Part shown: positions 52,010 to 63,460 of the stretch, in pieces
Layout of the letters: every line of letters starts with the position of its first letter
How positions within the stretch are numbered: position 1 is the stretch's first letter
Source of the DNA: Iphione sp. A-MEVVRFRX5
Taxonomy: Eukaryota
NCBI GenBank assembly: GCA_976226885.1
Contig: OZ320319.1
Span: 21,762,001-21,826,000 of the forward strand
Direction: 5' to 3'
Length of the DNA: 64,000 nucleotides
The notes under the pieces: model-generated
The model's input: only the letters and a program-made list of their open reading frames with translations
What the model was told of the DNA's origin: nothing
The model's database searches: none
Made by a program: the position numbers and the translations under genes

Positions 52010-53411
52010 TCAAATAGTAAAACATCACCATAGTGACGGTGTCTGGCGATTCATTCATTGGCATAGATGCAATTTCATTTCATCGATGGCAGTGCTATCA
52101 AAGTCTAAAACTGATGCAGGTCTTTGACTATTCAGGGCTTAGATTTGGTGGGATTCTTCCAACCTTTCCTGCTCAAAACTCAAAATACTACCCAGCCAAT
52201 TTCCACCAAGAAAATAGTAACCTAAAGACTATTATGAATTTGGAGTGTTTTCATGTATATTATATTTGCTGTCCAATCTAAAATTAAAATAGAACAATAT
52301 GTTCAATAATTTCACCGGAACTCCATTAAATGATAAACCGGGGAGATCCACTTGGATCCTCAAAGACCCCTCTCCAATCAGAAATCTGCGCATGGAGCTA
52401 TACAATGAACTGTGCTTGTCTGTTGCACAGTGTTATAAACATGTATGCCCCGGCTAAGTAAATTTTCGCCGTGTTTTGTATACACTTCTGGAAGATTTGC
52501 TGTCCCTTCAGTAGGGCAGGTCGTGTATAATTTATGCCAATTCATATACACGTAAATATCTCTGAAAGAATATTAAACATAATTGTGCCTTCCTCGCGTG
52601 TGATTCCTGTATGCATTCCTGTACTAGGAGTAAATTCTGGTGCTACTAGGTCCATTTATGGATCTGTCAAAATTGGAGGGCTTTCTTCCTTTCTCATGCA
52701 TTTACAGACTAGAAATACATGCACATTGATACCCCTAGCTGCCAGGTATACCGTCTCTAATGCTTATGTTGTTCTCGTGCTATGAAATGTTCATGAACCC
52801 AAATTTTTCCGTAATTATATCAACATCTAAAATTAATTTACTCATGATGATAAATAATTCACTTTAGTAAACTCATTCGATTCAAATAATCCAGCCCACT
52901 GTAAGATAAAGATCTGAGGCAGACCGCATTTTGGAATAACTCCAAATTACATGTGGGTTGCAGGGAATAATACTTCATCAATCACTGAAAAATATATTCC
53001 AGAGACAGCCAGTCTCCACCTCGTAGCCATTACATGCATTCTCAATGAGATATAGACAACAAGTATGCTATTTAATTGCTTTAATTATACATGAAATTTA
53101 GCATGCATGTCAGTAAAAGACTACAGAAATGTTGTTTCGAAGTTTCAGATTTTCCGTCCTGTATCCCTAGCAGCTTAGGGTGAAAGGAGGGTTATAAAGA
53201 CTTAGTGCCATCTTCAGAATCGATGTCTAGTGCTGACCATCCAAGATAACAATTTACATTCTATAAATGTTTTGTTAATGTTGCAGTTTGGTTTAGTGAA
53301 TGCTGTGAAATACCCTCATAAACATTAGAGCGCAATTTTGTTTAACATGTATAGGATGTTGCAGTGAAATGTTGGGAAACTTTCCTGAACCCTTTACAAC
53401 ATTTTGGATAA

Positions 53412-53483
53412 AGTTTGAATAAAACCCCAGGGATTTATTTAGGTATGCATAACTTAATAAAACCCTGGGGTTTTATTCAAACT
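53412..53483. repeat. 72-bp near-perfect palindrome
   Basis: Perfect 21-bp arms AGTTTGAATAAAACCCCAGGG / CCCTGGGGTTTTATTCAAACT; the 30-nt centre is also self-complementary around TATGCATA, with 3 mismatched pairs. Confidence 0.92.
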
Positions 53484-53531
53484 ATAACATAAAATGTAAA
53501 ACTTGGCTAAAATAATCACCTCTATACAGGC

Positions 53532-53555
53532 CTGATGAGACTACCCAGTCGAAAC
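53532..53555 (+). ncRNA. Hammerhead ribozyme core remnant (incomplete)
   Basis: CTGATGA-GACT-ACCC-AGTC-GAAAC: canonical core with a 4-bp stem II; stem III, the NUH site and stem I partner were not found. Confidence 0.3.
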
Positions 53556-53720
53556 CGAAGGAACCAGTGATCAACAAAATGCTCAAGTCCCACCCACAGG
53601 AATTAAGCAGAGTGAGACCTATACCAGGTTGCTATGGACAACAGTTACCAAACACCTATAAAAAAACAGCAATTGAAAAAATTACAATTTACTCTGATTC
53701 CTTTCGATCAGCACACACAC

Positions 53721-53722
<2 letters not shown>

Positions 53723-53792
<70 letters not shown>

Positions 53793-53806
53793 TCTCTCTC
53801 TCTCTC
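53723..53806. repeat. (CT)n microsatellite
   Basis: Near-pure dinucleotide run. Confidence 0.97.
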
Positions 53807-56689
53807 TTTTATGTATGTGCATGCAGCCTCTTTCTATACACATAGAAAGCACCCCCTGGAGAAGTAAAAAAATTGGCCCATTTAACTTAACTTGACGCCC
53901 TCAATGGATGGAAATGATGATGGGTACCTGAGTCAAAATTATTGAAATTGAGGTACAAAAATTATCTGCCCTACAATTCAGTTGTCAGTAAGGTGAACAT
54001 CAAGTTTAAACCCTGCCACAGGGACCCTTCTCATCCAATCAGTCTGCATCCCTCATGTCTATCCCCCCGACCCTCTTTTATAATCCTACATGCCTTACCC
54101 CTGTACTGCCATTCTCCAAAATTCCATATATTGAATGAAGCACAATGAACACGCTAATTGGTAGGGTTTGAACATGCAAACTGGGCTTTATTGTTCAAAA
54201 CACATAATGTTCAGCCTGAATGACGGTTATTACCGGTTACATTCCATAGATAGCATCTTCTTACCATGTTACGTCACTCAGGACACCCCTACACCAAAGT
54301 TAGAGAACCTGTCATTGTTTTGTTACCATCAATATCCAAATAAATGCCTTGTTTGGCATATATATCTACAGATATTTCCTCTCAATGTTTGAGACAGTGC
54401 AACAGTGCAGAACTTCACCACATTCACTTTTTTCCATGAAGTTATACATGTCCATGTATATATGACATAAGTTGTTAGGTTCATCATGTATTCCTATATA
54501 TACACGCACAGTGTAGGTGAAAAGGAAGGGTGACCTCAGGAACCTAATTATTATTCATTTCGCGGATATTTTCTACTGAATGCAGCAAGCTGAAAAACAC
54601 AATTTACATGAGCGCGCGTGCAACCTGTGGTTTTTCTTTTTAAATTTGAATGAAACATCTTCGGATACCTATAATAAAAGTGTATGTTACATACTTCGTG
54701 ATTACATTTATATCACTCTCATTCAAATTTTAAACTCCAAACTACCTTTGATTTAAGTAAGACTTATCAAATAATCGATATTATAGCTGTGAAGGACAAT
54801 TATGTCAGATAGAATTTGATTCACCATACCATAGTTTCGTTTTCAACATAATGAATAACAAACACGATGGGTTGTTGACTGTACTATATACATGTACATT
54901 TTATCTCCAGTTTCAGAATTTATAGCTGCATAGAGAAGGCTTGTTCATAAGCGGTTTATGATCTGGTCCTTTTCGTCATTGTCTGATTGGACAGTCTCAT
55001 TCCCATCATATACACTACTATAAAAGACCACTTCTTCGTTTAATGCCAGTTTTGCTTACACGTTCATATAGGCTAAATATTTGTACTTTTACACTACATT
55101 ATTTAAAATGGTTGAAGGAAGTAGAATTGTAAGTAGATCCATTGGCTCCTTCGCTCCTACCACCCTCCTGGCACAAATGTGATTTAAGTACGGTCATTCT
55201 TTCAATATTCTTCATATTCTAGAAATAGCATTTTTGGTTTTATGGACATCATATAAGGTGTTTAATGTAGTTCAAGAGATTATAACAGAAAAGAGAGACC
55301 TAAATTTTCTTACTCTCTCAGTTTTTTAAGGAATATTTCCCCCTTCTCTTTGTTAACATAAGGGTGCATCTTTTGGTGTACAAAGCTGAATTAGACATAA
55401 AGCTGTGCTAAACCTTGTGCTCATACACATCAAGTTTTGCATCTACAGACAACAACTGTTTCGCAACAATGCCCTCAGCTTTCCACTATGGCTTGTTGAA
55501 TTCAACGGTGTAGTGCGCCTCCAGTGTTTTGTCTTAAAAGTGCTCGGCAGGCACTATCAAAGAGTCCCCTGGAGTCAACTGCCTTGCCTCCTTACTCTTG
55601 ATAGTTGATGTACCTCCACCTCTTCCTCCTTTTCTTGTTCATTTTCTGTTATTGTTTTCTATCCGTTGTTATCTTATATACAAAAACCAAAAACAGCATA
55701 TGATGTAATAACTATCACTGCAGAAATATCCTTGGCTTATGCCTTAAAAAAGTATATATATATATATATATATATATGGGTGCATCGTAGTTTAATGAGA
55801 AACTCTAGAGAGACAATTTTGATCGTTGAGCTCCTTTATTCAACATACCGATACATGTATATTCTTCCTCAACCAGGGCTAAAAGAGTTACAAAATGGTA
55901 CCAAAACCCTATCTGATAGTCCTGTTCCCCAAACGATAAACAATGGGGAAAATAAATATTGGCCCGATAGCCTTGGTGACGAATATGCCCACCAGGTGAC
56001 AGTGTATGTCACCTACTATTACTGACAGGGGGAGCCACATGCTGCCAAGCTGCACTTACAGGCGCTTGCAAACAGGCGCAGAACCCTGGGTAGGAAATTC
56101 TCCTTCACCCATGTCTGGCTCCCTTATGTCCCTCTCCCGTTCTCCCCTCTGTGTGGCTTGCTGCTCTATCTCATCCTGTAATCTCTAAAAGATCACTCTA
56201 CTATAGCTGTGTACGTAACAAAATCTTAGAATAAGTCATAGTACATGTGTAATCCTAGAGTGACATTTGCAGGAAAAGATCCCTTACTTTCCCTATAAAA
56301 GTAAAACAGCATTTATTTAAAGCAAACATTCCCTATAGGTCTAACCGATTTAAGTACATATGTAAGAAAAAATAAAAGTAGAATGATACTCTCTCCCTGT
56401 ATTTGTTTGGCAACTTGGAGGGGTATCACTGTATTCCTGGTCAGGTTGTAAGAAACTAGTTTAATATTTATTACATTTATGAAGACATTCTTCAGTTCCA
56501 ATAAAAAACTACAGTAACAACCACTTCACAAACTACTGAAAAATAGTTATATTAGTTCATCATGACGAATTCAAAAATTTAAAATGTGACCGATTCTCTT
56601 TAATCTGATAATTCCCTATTAAATTGAAATCAGATGGCATTGAGATATATATTTTTAAAATCTTCATTCAGACGTGAGATCCACTTACT

Positions 56690-57167
56690 CTACATCTGTG
56701 GAAGAAGCCACCACAGTAGTGTTCCATGCCAACCTGGAAACAACTAACACCGGACGAGAAGAAGCGTAGCCACCTTCATTGAAACAGCCTGGAACTGTTG
56801 GGGCTGAAGTATACGTGGAAGCAACGACCGACATCAAAGGAAGCTGGAATTGTCAGGGCTGAAGTGAATATCGTAGCATCGACCTCAACTACAGGCATGG
56901 ATCCGTCGGAAGATGTGACAATCTCACCTGTCACTGCAGATCAACCGAAAATTCCCCACTTCCTGCATGCTGCTCCTGCTGCTGAGGCTGGACAGAAGCA
57001 GGAAGAAGAAGTAACCTTCATGACATTAAAGGGCAAGGATCAGAGTCAGCAGGCCCGTAGCCAAGGGGGTATCGGGGGTATCGTCCGATACCCCCCAGAG
57101 GACTGAAGAGTTCCACATCTCTATATGCCTATACTATAGCCAAGGGTGTATTATGAGAAAGAGGGAA

Positions 57168-57205
<38 letters not shown>

Positions 57206-57945
57206 ACAGACAGACAGAGAGAGAGAGAGGACAGACAGACAGATAGAGAAAGAAATACCTCTCTAACCCAGAAGTTCTACCTCTCTAGCTCAGAGTTCCA
57301 CCTCTCTAATTTGAGATAGCCCCCACAAGACTCCCTGGCTACGGGCCTGGAGTCATGGAACAAATCTTTGAAAAAGACGGTGAAAACAAGACAAGACCCG
57401 TTGGGCGACGCATATCATCAGCGTCTTCGCACTGGGACAAGAGCTGTAGTGGACGATGATGTCTGACCATGTGCTCCGTCAGCTCGGACCTGTCCCAGGG
57501 AAGCTCATCGGATCAAACTCACCTTAACCTGGCCTTCTCCAGGCTGGGAACCATGGCCTGGCGGGCAGAAAGGTACGTTGCCTCACTGGCTGCTGCCACA
57601 GCGGAGACAATGGTGCAAGACACATGGGAGACTGGCAATACCCTTGGGCTGTAGAGGGATTAGTCTAATCTGTTGTTACCAGGAGCGGCATGGCCTGGAA
57701 ACTCACAAATTTGGGGTGTGACATCGAACACTGAGTTGTGGCTGCATAATGTGGCATGTGGAGGAGATTGAGGCACAAAACAAGTATGATTCCCGCCACC
57801 CTGGAGAACTGGAGGAACTTAATGAGATGGCGTGAGTCACTCAAGAGGGACAGACAGGCATGTCCCTTGACTGTGCACGACAATGCTCATCTCCCCGCAT
57901 ACAAGCCATGGTCATGGATGGGGATGATGAAGAAACCAGCTAATC
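56690..57945 (+). pseudogene. Unclassified decayed coding relic interrupted by a MITE
   Basis: Long protein-like frames with few stops (TWKQLTPDEKKR...; WLLPQRRQWCKTHGRLAIPLGCRGISLICCYQERHGLETHKFGV*HRTLSCGCIMWHVEEIE...); no family recognised. Confidence 0.35.
57050..57349 (+). mobile_element. 300-bp TIR element (CAGGCCCGTAGCCA termini), second full copy
   Basis: TIRs CAGGCCCGTAGCCAAGGG / CCCTGGCTACGGGCCTG; flanks GAGTCAG and GAGTCAT. Confidence 0.85.
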
Positions 57946-60050
57946 CTCTTGTGAAAATGAAGTTAGTAGTTGTTGCATAGGAGCCTCTAGCAACAACCTA
58001 TTTGAAATGAACTTTTGATAATAATTCCTTAGTCCTAGCAGGCTCTGCCATTCTGATGTATCTTTAGGCCATGGAGTATTGCTTGGACCTTGGATGTCAT
58101 TGGATGAATGCCTGCAGTATCAACCTTATAGTCCATATATTCAATTGAGCTTTGAAGGAATGAGCACTTTTCCTTCTTGAGGTTGATGCCATTTAACCTC
58201 TTTAGGCAGGCATTTAGGTTGTTCAGATATTGCACATCATCAGTCAGTGGTGATCACGTCATCCAAGTAATGCCCTACTCCTTTTATTCCAACCAGAATC
58301 TTGTCTATGCACTGTTGGAACATAGCAAGAGAATATACTCCTCCATATGATATGGGAGTATACTGGAATAAACCAAGATAAGTGTTGATGGTGACATACT
58401 TGCATGGCTCTTCATCCAGTAACACTTGCTGGTATGTTTGTGACAAATACAGCTTCAAAATCTTCCTACCCCCCTTCAATGATGAAACAGATCTTCAGGT
58501 TGGGGATAGGGGTACTTGGACACATCCAAGTTTGGGTTAATTGTGGCTTCATAGTCACTACACAATCTAATTCAGTGGTCTGCCTAGTCACTACACAATC
58601 TAATTCAGTGGTCTGCCTTCAGAGCAGACCCCACTGGTACAGCCCAGTCAGAAAAGTCTACCTTTTCAACTACACCTAGGCTTTCCAATCTTTTGATCTC
58701 TGTCTCGATCTTATATTTCAAGGCATATGGAGCAGGGATGGTCTTGAAAATTGAGCATGGGCACCATCCTTTAGGAGCAACTTTGCCTGGATAACTTTCA
58801 CTGTACCCAGGGTGTTGTCAACAACACTATACTTTTTCAGTGTGTCCTCCAAGGACACACTAACAGATTGGGCCCCTCGTAAAACTTTGTTGATGTTTGG
58901 ACAACCAATTTCTACCCATCAACATAGGTCCATCTCCCTTTACTATGCACTTAAGGAGTGTCACTTTCTGCCCATAGTAGGTAACCTCAAGCATGATGTC
59001 CCCAAGTACACTGGGTCCAATTTCGCACAACTGTGACACTGCCTTCCGTTTGTGGGGCTAACCTGCCCCTGTGGATGGGGACATGCCCCTCCACAATTAA
59101 AGCAGGTCTTCTTCTTCTTTTTCTTCTTCTTATCACCCTGACTGTGGTTGGGTGCCTTCCTCTTGGCAATGTGCTGCACAGTTGTGGTTTTTCCACCTGG
59201 CATCACCCGAACACTCAACTGGTTTTGTTTTGCCTGTCTCTCAGTGACCTTTTCGGCTTGACCAAGATCTAGCAGTTGCTGAAGTGTCAGGCTCTTCTCC
59301 AATGCCTTCTGACATAGCACATTAGAGTGACAGCAATGAATAATGTGCACATGGATCTCTTGATCCACATCCTGAAACTGATACTTTGCTGCCTGTTTAT
59401 GTAGTCAGTGTACTGATTTCCTCTTGGTATGGCTGGGAAGGGGCCACACACATCGACAGCCACCATTTCCCAAGGTCTTGGCAGTAGGGATCACTGTCTC
59501 AGGGCCCAGTGCTTCCTCCCCGGAACCTGTTTCATCTCACAAGGTTTGCAGGCACTACCCCATTGTTCCGCATCAAGTGAGACTCCAGTCCAGAAGAATT
59601 TCAGTCAGATGGCCCCTTCCGTCTTCACAGCACCTAGGTGCCTGCTGGAGGCTCCCTGGTGCACCTTCTCCCATACTCTTCAGCAAAGCCGGGTGGAACA
59701 TAAGCTTGAAGATGCTGCTCATCACCCAGCTCCCACCAATGACACTTGAATCCATCACATAGAGTGAGTCAGCTCTATTCACTCTAAAGCTGGTGGCTGC
59801 CCCAGACGTCTTTGGGAAGGACCTCTGGTAGGGACCTGTTTGGTAGCTAGACTGGAACTGCTCAGTGAACATGTCCACAAGTTCTTTATAGGCCCTTGGC
59901 TGGCCCATGGCAATGTTGGCTCCCTGCAGTATACTCCTGGCTGACTTCCTCAGTGTGATGCCCTGCAGGATGGCCTTATTCCCCTCATTGCACTGGTTGG
60001 CAGCTGCCACCAGCTTGAAGTGCTGGATAAAGTTTTTGTAACATGTGAGT
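57940..60050 (-). mobile_element. Degenerate Ty3/Gypsy LTR-retrotransposon relic (gag, zinc knuckle, RT, start of RT-RNase H linker)
   Basis: Gag-like FIQHFKLVAAANQCNEGNKAIL and DQEIHVHIIHCCHSNVLCQKALEKSLTLQQLLDLG; CFNCGG...CHSC knuckle; RT LSQTYQQVLLDEEPCKYVTINTYLGLFQY...GHYLDDV (YLDD at 58258-58269), LKKEKCSF, SLLGLRNYYQKFI; many stops and frameshifts; no RNase H, integrase or flanking LTR pair seen. Confidence 0.9.
58552..58617. repeat. Perfect 33-bp tandem duplication inside the RT region
   Basis: TAGTCACTACACAATCTAATTCAGTGGTCTGCC twice. Confidence 0.95.
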
Positions 60051-60088
60051 GTCTGAATGAGCTCTGGCTCACAAAGAGTTGAACAGAA

Positions 60089-60470
60089 GACAAAAATAAA
60101 GAATCTGGTTCACTTCAATTATGCTAAAATAGTTGTGCATGGAGTGATCTTGGCATGACCTGATCGTATGTGCCGGGAGAAAGGGTCTGTTTATTCAGAA
60201 AAACATGGAAGTTTATATACCACAATGTTACATAACAGTAGCTAAAAATAGAATATTGTCTAGACATATATATCTGGTCTGGAGGAATCTGCGTCATGCT
60301 TATTCTTGCTGCATCATAGATTACATCTACACAGTTAGCCTTCTATGCATTAGCTATCTGTGCAATACAATCCGAAATGGATCATCTGACGTAGATCAGC
60401 TGATGTAGATCATCTGAAACAGATGACCCCTAGCCAGATTGTACACTTACATACATACACCCACTACACT
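60089..60470 (+). repeat. Copy 1 of a diverged ~380-bp direct repeat
   Basis: Colinear blocks shared with 62103-62494: AAAATAAAGARTCTGGTTCACT, GTTGTGCATGG, GAGAAAGGGTCTGTYTATTCAGAAAAA, GTTACATAA, CAGATSACCCC, CACTACACT. Confidence 0.75.
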
Positions 60471-61033
60471 TTGCAACAGGGTATTTCCATCATACACAGA
60501 CAGTTTAACTTATGAAAGGCAAGGTGTGTAGGGCTATTGTCAGTTTGGAGATGAGCCCCTGCTAGAGTGGGGCCATCCCTTGGTCTTCTAGTCTCTTCTT
60601 CATCTTCCTCTTTGCTGGTAATGTTTGACTCTGCTTCCACAGGGTCATGGTCATCCTGCTCAATTCCTTGGTTTTTGTTTGTGACAGTCAGGGTGCTAGG
60701 GGTGAGGGGTACTGGAGTATTTCCCTGCTGGCCTTTGCCATCCCGACCAGTTCGGTAGTGATCCTCCCCCTCTCTGATAGCATAGGTCCTCACCGGGCCC
60801 ATCGTGGTATGGTGCAGAACTTCTTGCACATCCAACTCTGACTTCAGGTCTTCCATGGCTCGGACCCTAACAGGCATGCCTGTAGCTGCTGCAAGCTTAG
60901 CATGAAGCTTCACTCCACCGCCACCTCTGCAATGTTTCAGCAGAGTTCCAAGGGGAAGGATCCCACTGCTGCCACCAATGTTGCATCCCAGATGAAGTGA
61001 CCCAATCTCCTTAGTTATGAGAACTTTATTCAA
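60464..61033 (-). pseudogene. Unclassified coding-like relic (189-codon open frame; an overlapping frame is broken mostly by TGA)
   Basis: Non-repetitive GC-balanced sequence open for 570 nt; no motif recognised. Confidence 0.3.
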
Positions 61034-61189
61034 TTAAGGTCTCATGCAGAATGACAACTGGCTCCTCTACATAATTCCTTATATATTCCTGTTAACCTAT
61101 ACAGAGGAGCACAACAGCTCTTGTGACAACTTCAGCAAGCTCTAGCAACTATACTGGCAAGCTTCAGTAGAGCTACAGTGCAGTAGCTC

Positions 61190-61470
61190 TGCCACACTAT
61201 GTTGTAGCTCATGTTATGTGACTAGTAGAGGTCTCAGGTAATTGGTAGAATGTTGTAGGTAGACATTCCAAATTATAGCTTATGTTAGTTGACTAGTACA
61301 GGTTATATGTGGGAGGTAGGATGTGTTAGATAGATGTACTATTTTGTACTCCATGTTAGGTGACCAGTACAGGTCATGGCTAGGAGATATGATGTGTTAC
61401 GTAGTTTTATAGCCTATGTTAGGTCACCTGTATAGGTCATGTGTAGGGTGTACAATGTTTAAAGTAGATA
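61190..61470. repeat. Degenerate minisatellite with core ATGTTAGGTGACTAGTACAGGTCATG
   Basis: Four diverged units spaced about 60-80 bp apart; another unit near 62495. Confidence 0.6.
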
Positions 61471-61639
61471 TACTGTGTGACGTCCCCTCACAGACATGTC
61501 TGGGATGTGGATGCGTCTCAAATGTGGACTATTTGAAAAAGAACCGATTCATTTCCTATAGTTAAGCATTGTAAGAGGACGTCTGTAATAAGGACAGCTA
61601 ATTTACAGAACTTCCCCCTACAGACACTGTTGTTCCTTG

Positions 61640-61850
61640 AATTTGGGGCTCCCAGACCTCCTGACACCCTAAAAAGGTAGGAATTCACACCTCTGTACCT
61701 GTTTTCACACAAATTTGGGGCTCCAGGGAGGCTCCTGACAGCTAAATTCGACCCCCAGAGTCAGCAGAGAGGCTTCAGAAATCATTTTCCAAGGTTGTCA
61801 CGCAAATTTGGGGCCTCCCAGACCCCCTGACACTCTCAAAGGGAGGGTTT
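61640..61850. repeat. Three diverged copies of AATTTGGGGCTCCCAGACCTCCTGACA
   Basis: Copies near 61640, 61711 and 61805. Confidence 0.7.
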
Positions 61851-62102
61851 CATGCCTCTATACATGTTTTCTCAACCCCCAAGTCATAGCCTACTGAGAG
61901 ATCTACAAACTGGCCACGTCTGAAATGCGGATGATTTGAAGCAGAACGCAGGCTGTCCGTAATCGAGACGTTCCACTGTACTATGTTTTCAATTCCATTA
62001 GGTGACTATCACATTGTGGATGGGAGGTTGGATATATTAGGTAGACTATTGTAATGTATCTTAGTCTAGTGGAGCACTGGCAGATAGCAGATTTGAACAA
62101 GT

Positions 62103-62494
62103 GACAAAATAAAGAGTCTGGTTCACTCTAAATTGTTGTGAAAATGGTTGTGCATGGGTGATCTCTCTCAAAAGTGCTAAGAGAAAGGGTCTGTCTATTC
62201 AGAAAAATACACTTACTTATATACTCCATAGTTACATAATAGTTGCTAAAAATGACACTCTGTCTAAACATATGTCTGGACTCAAGGAGTTGCATAATCA
62301 TTCTATAACTTGTGTTCAATTTAGCGACCTACTCCTGTTGTGCCATAGGCATATATATATTGCAGTTACTTAACTACACAATACCTTATACAGAATGCAT
62401 CTCAAATCTGACACAGATTTGTTGAGGCAGATCACCCCAAACGGAATTCTACCAAATGGAATGGCATCATGTAGATTCATGTACACACTACACT
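62103..62494 (+). repeat. Copy 2 of the diverged ~380-bp direct repeat
   Basis: Colinear with 60089-60470. Confidence 0.75.
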
Positions 62495-62935
62495 ATTTTA
62501 GGTGACTAGTACAGATCATGTGTTGGAGATGTGTAAGGGAACATACTATGTTGTCACTTCAGTTCAGATAGAACAGAAGTCCAGTGCAGTAGTATTAATG
62601 AATTGTTAATTTATTTGTAGATAATGGATAATACTGAAGCAAATTTACAAGAAGGTAACTGTGCTGGCATTCAAACTACATGGAAAAATATAACTAGATA
62701 GATAGTGTGGTTGGGCTCCACCCATGATGGAGTCTGCCGGGATTTGTACAAAGTTGGTGCTTCGCCCGGAGTCAAAAAGTTGTATAAAAAGGGGCTGGGC
62801 AGAGCTTCATTGTCATTACTGCTTTTGCTGTTCAGAAATATACATCAGTTAAATTTAGCTTGGAGTCATGTCACTTCGTTCAGGGTGAACAATATAAATG
62901 TTAATGGTAGGATGTTTTCTTGTATTTTCTTACAG

Positions 62936-63460
62936 ATGGCTGCTCTTCTTGTTGACTCTGTCCTTGCCCAACTCAGGAATGTTGGATTCACTAGTATTTC
63001 CAAGTCAGGCAAACTTTCCCACTGAGACAAAATTGCCAGATGGGTATACCCAGCTGGTAGTTTGCCTTGGTGGTAATGATTTGCCAAAGGGAATTACTGC
63101 CAATTATATCATAACCACCTGCAGGAACTGGCTGATAAAGTGAATAATTGGGAGCTATTGTTTTGCTCATTTCACGGAACTCTTAAAATTAGTGTTAAAC
63201 CTTGCTATATCAGATATAAATGAACAAAGTATTCTCATCAAAATCTTGTTGGATAAGAAAACTGGACTGTATTACCTATGCAACAAACATTTCAGTGTTG
63301 CTGTACAATTATAAAAGTGTATGTTTCCCATATAAGCTACAGCTTTTCATTATTTCAACATTCTTTGAAACAGACCAAAGAGAGAAAAATTATCATTATT
63401 TCAACTACCTGCCCAAGGGATGGCCTGTCACTCAAGCAAGCGAAAGAGCTGAATAAGTAA
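62936..63460 (+). pseudogene. Frameshifted, intron-containing SGNH/GDSL hydrolase-like gene
   Basis: MAALLVDSVL (block I-like), ISKSG/AN (block II-like), LVVCLGGNDL (block III GxND), then after an intron (63140-63373) KIIIISTTCPRD...KELNK; two frameshifts in the first coding exon; TATAAAAA at 62783 and acceptor TTTTCTTACAG right before the ATG. Confidence 0.55.

Noticed and set aside
56000-56220. Possible solo LTR (minus strand begins TGTTAC)
   Set aside because: No second copy, TSD, PBS or PPT could be identified.
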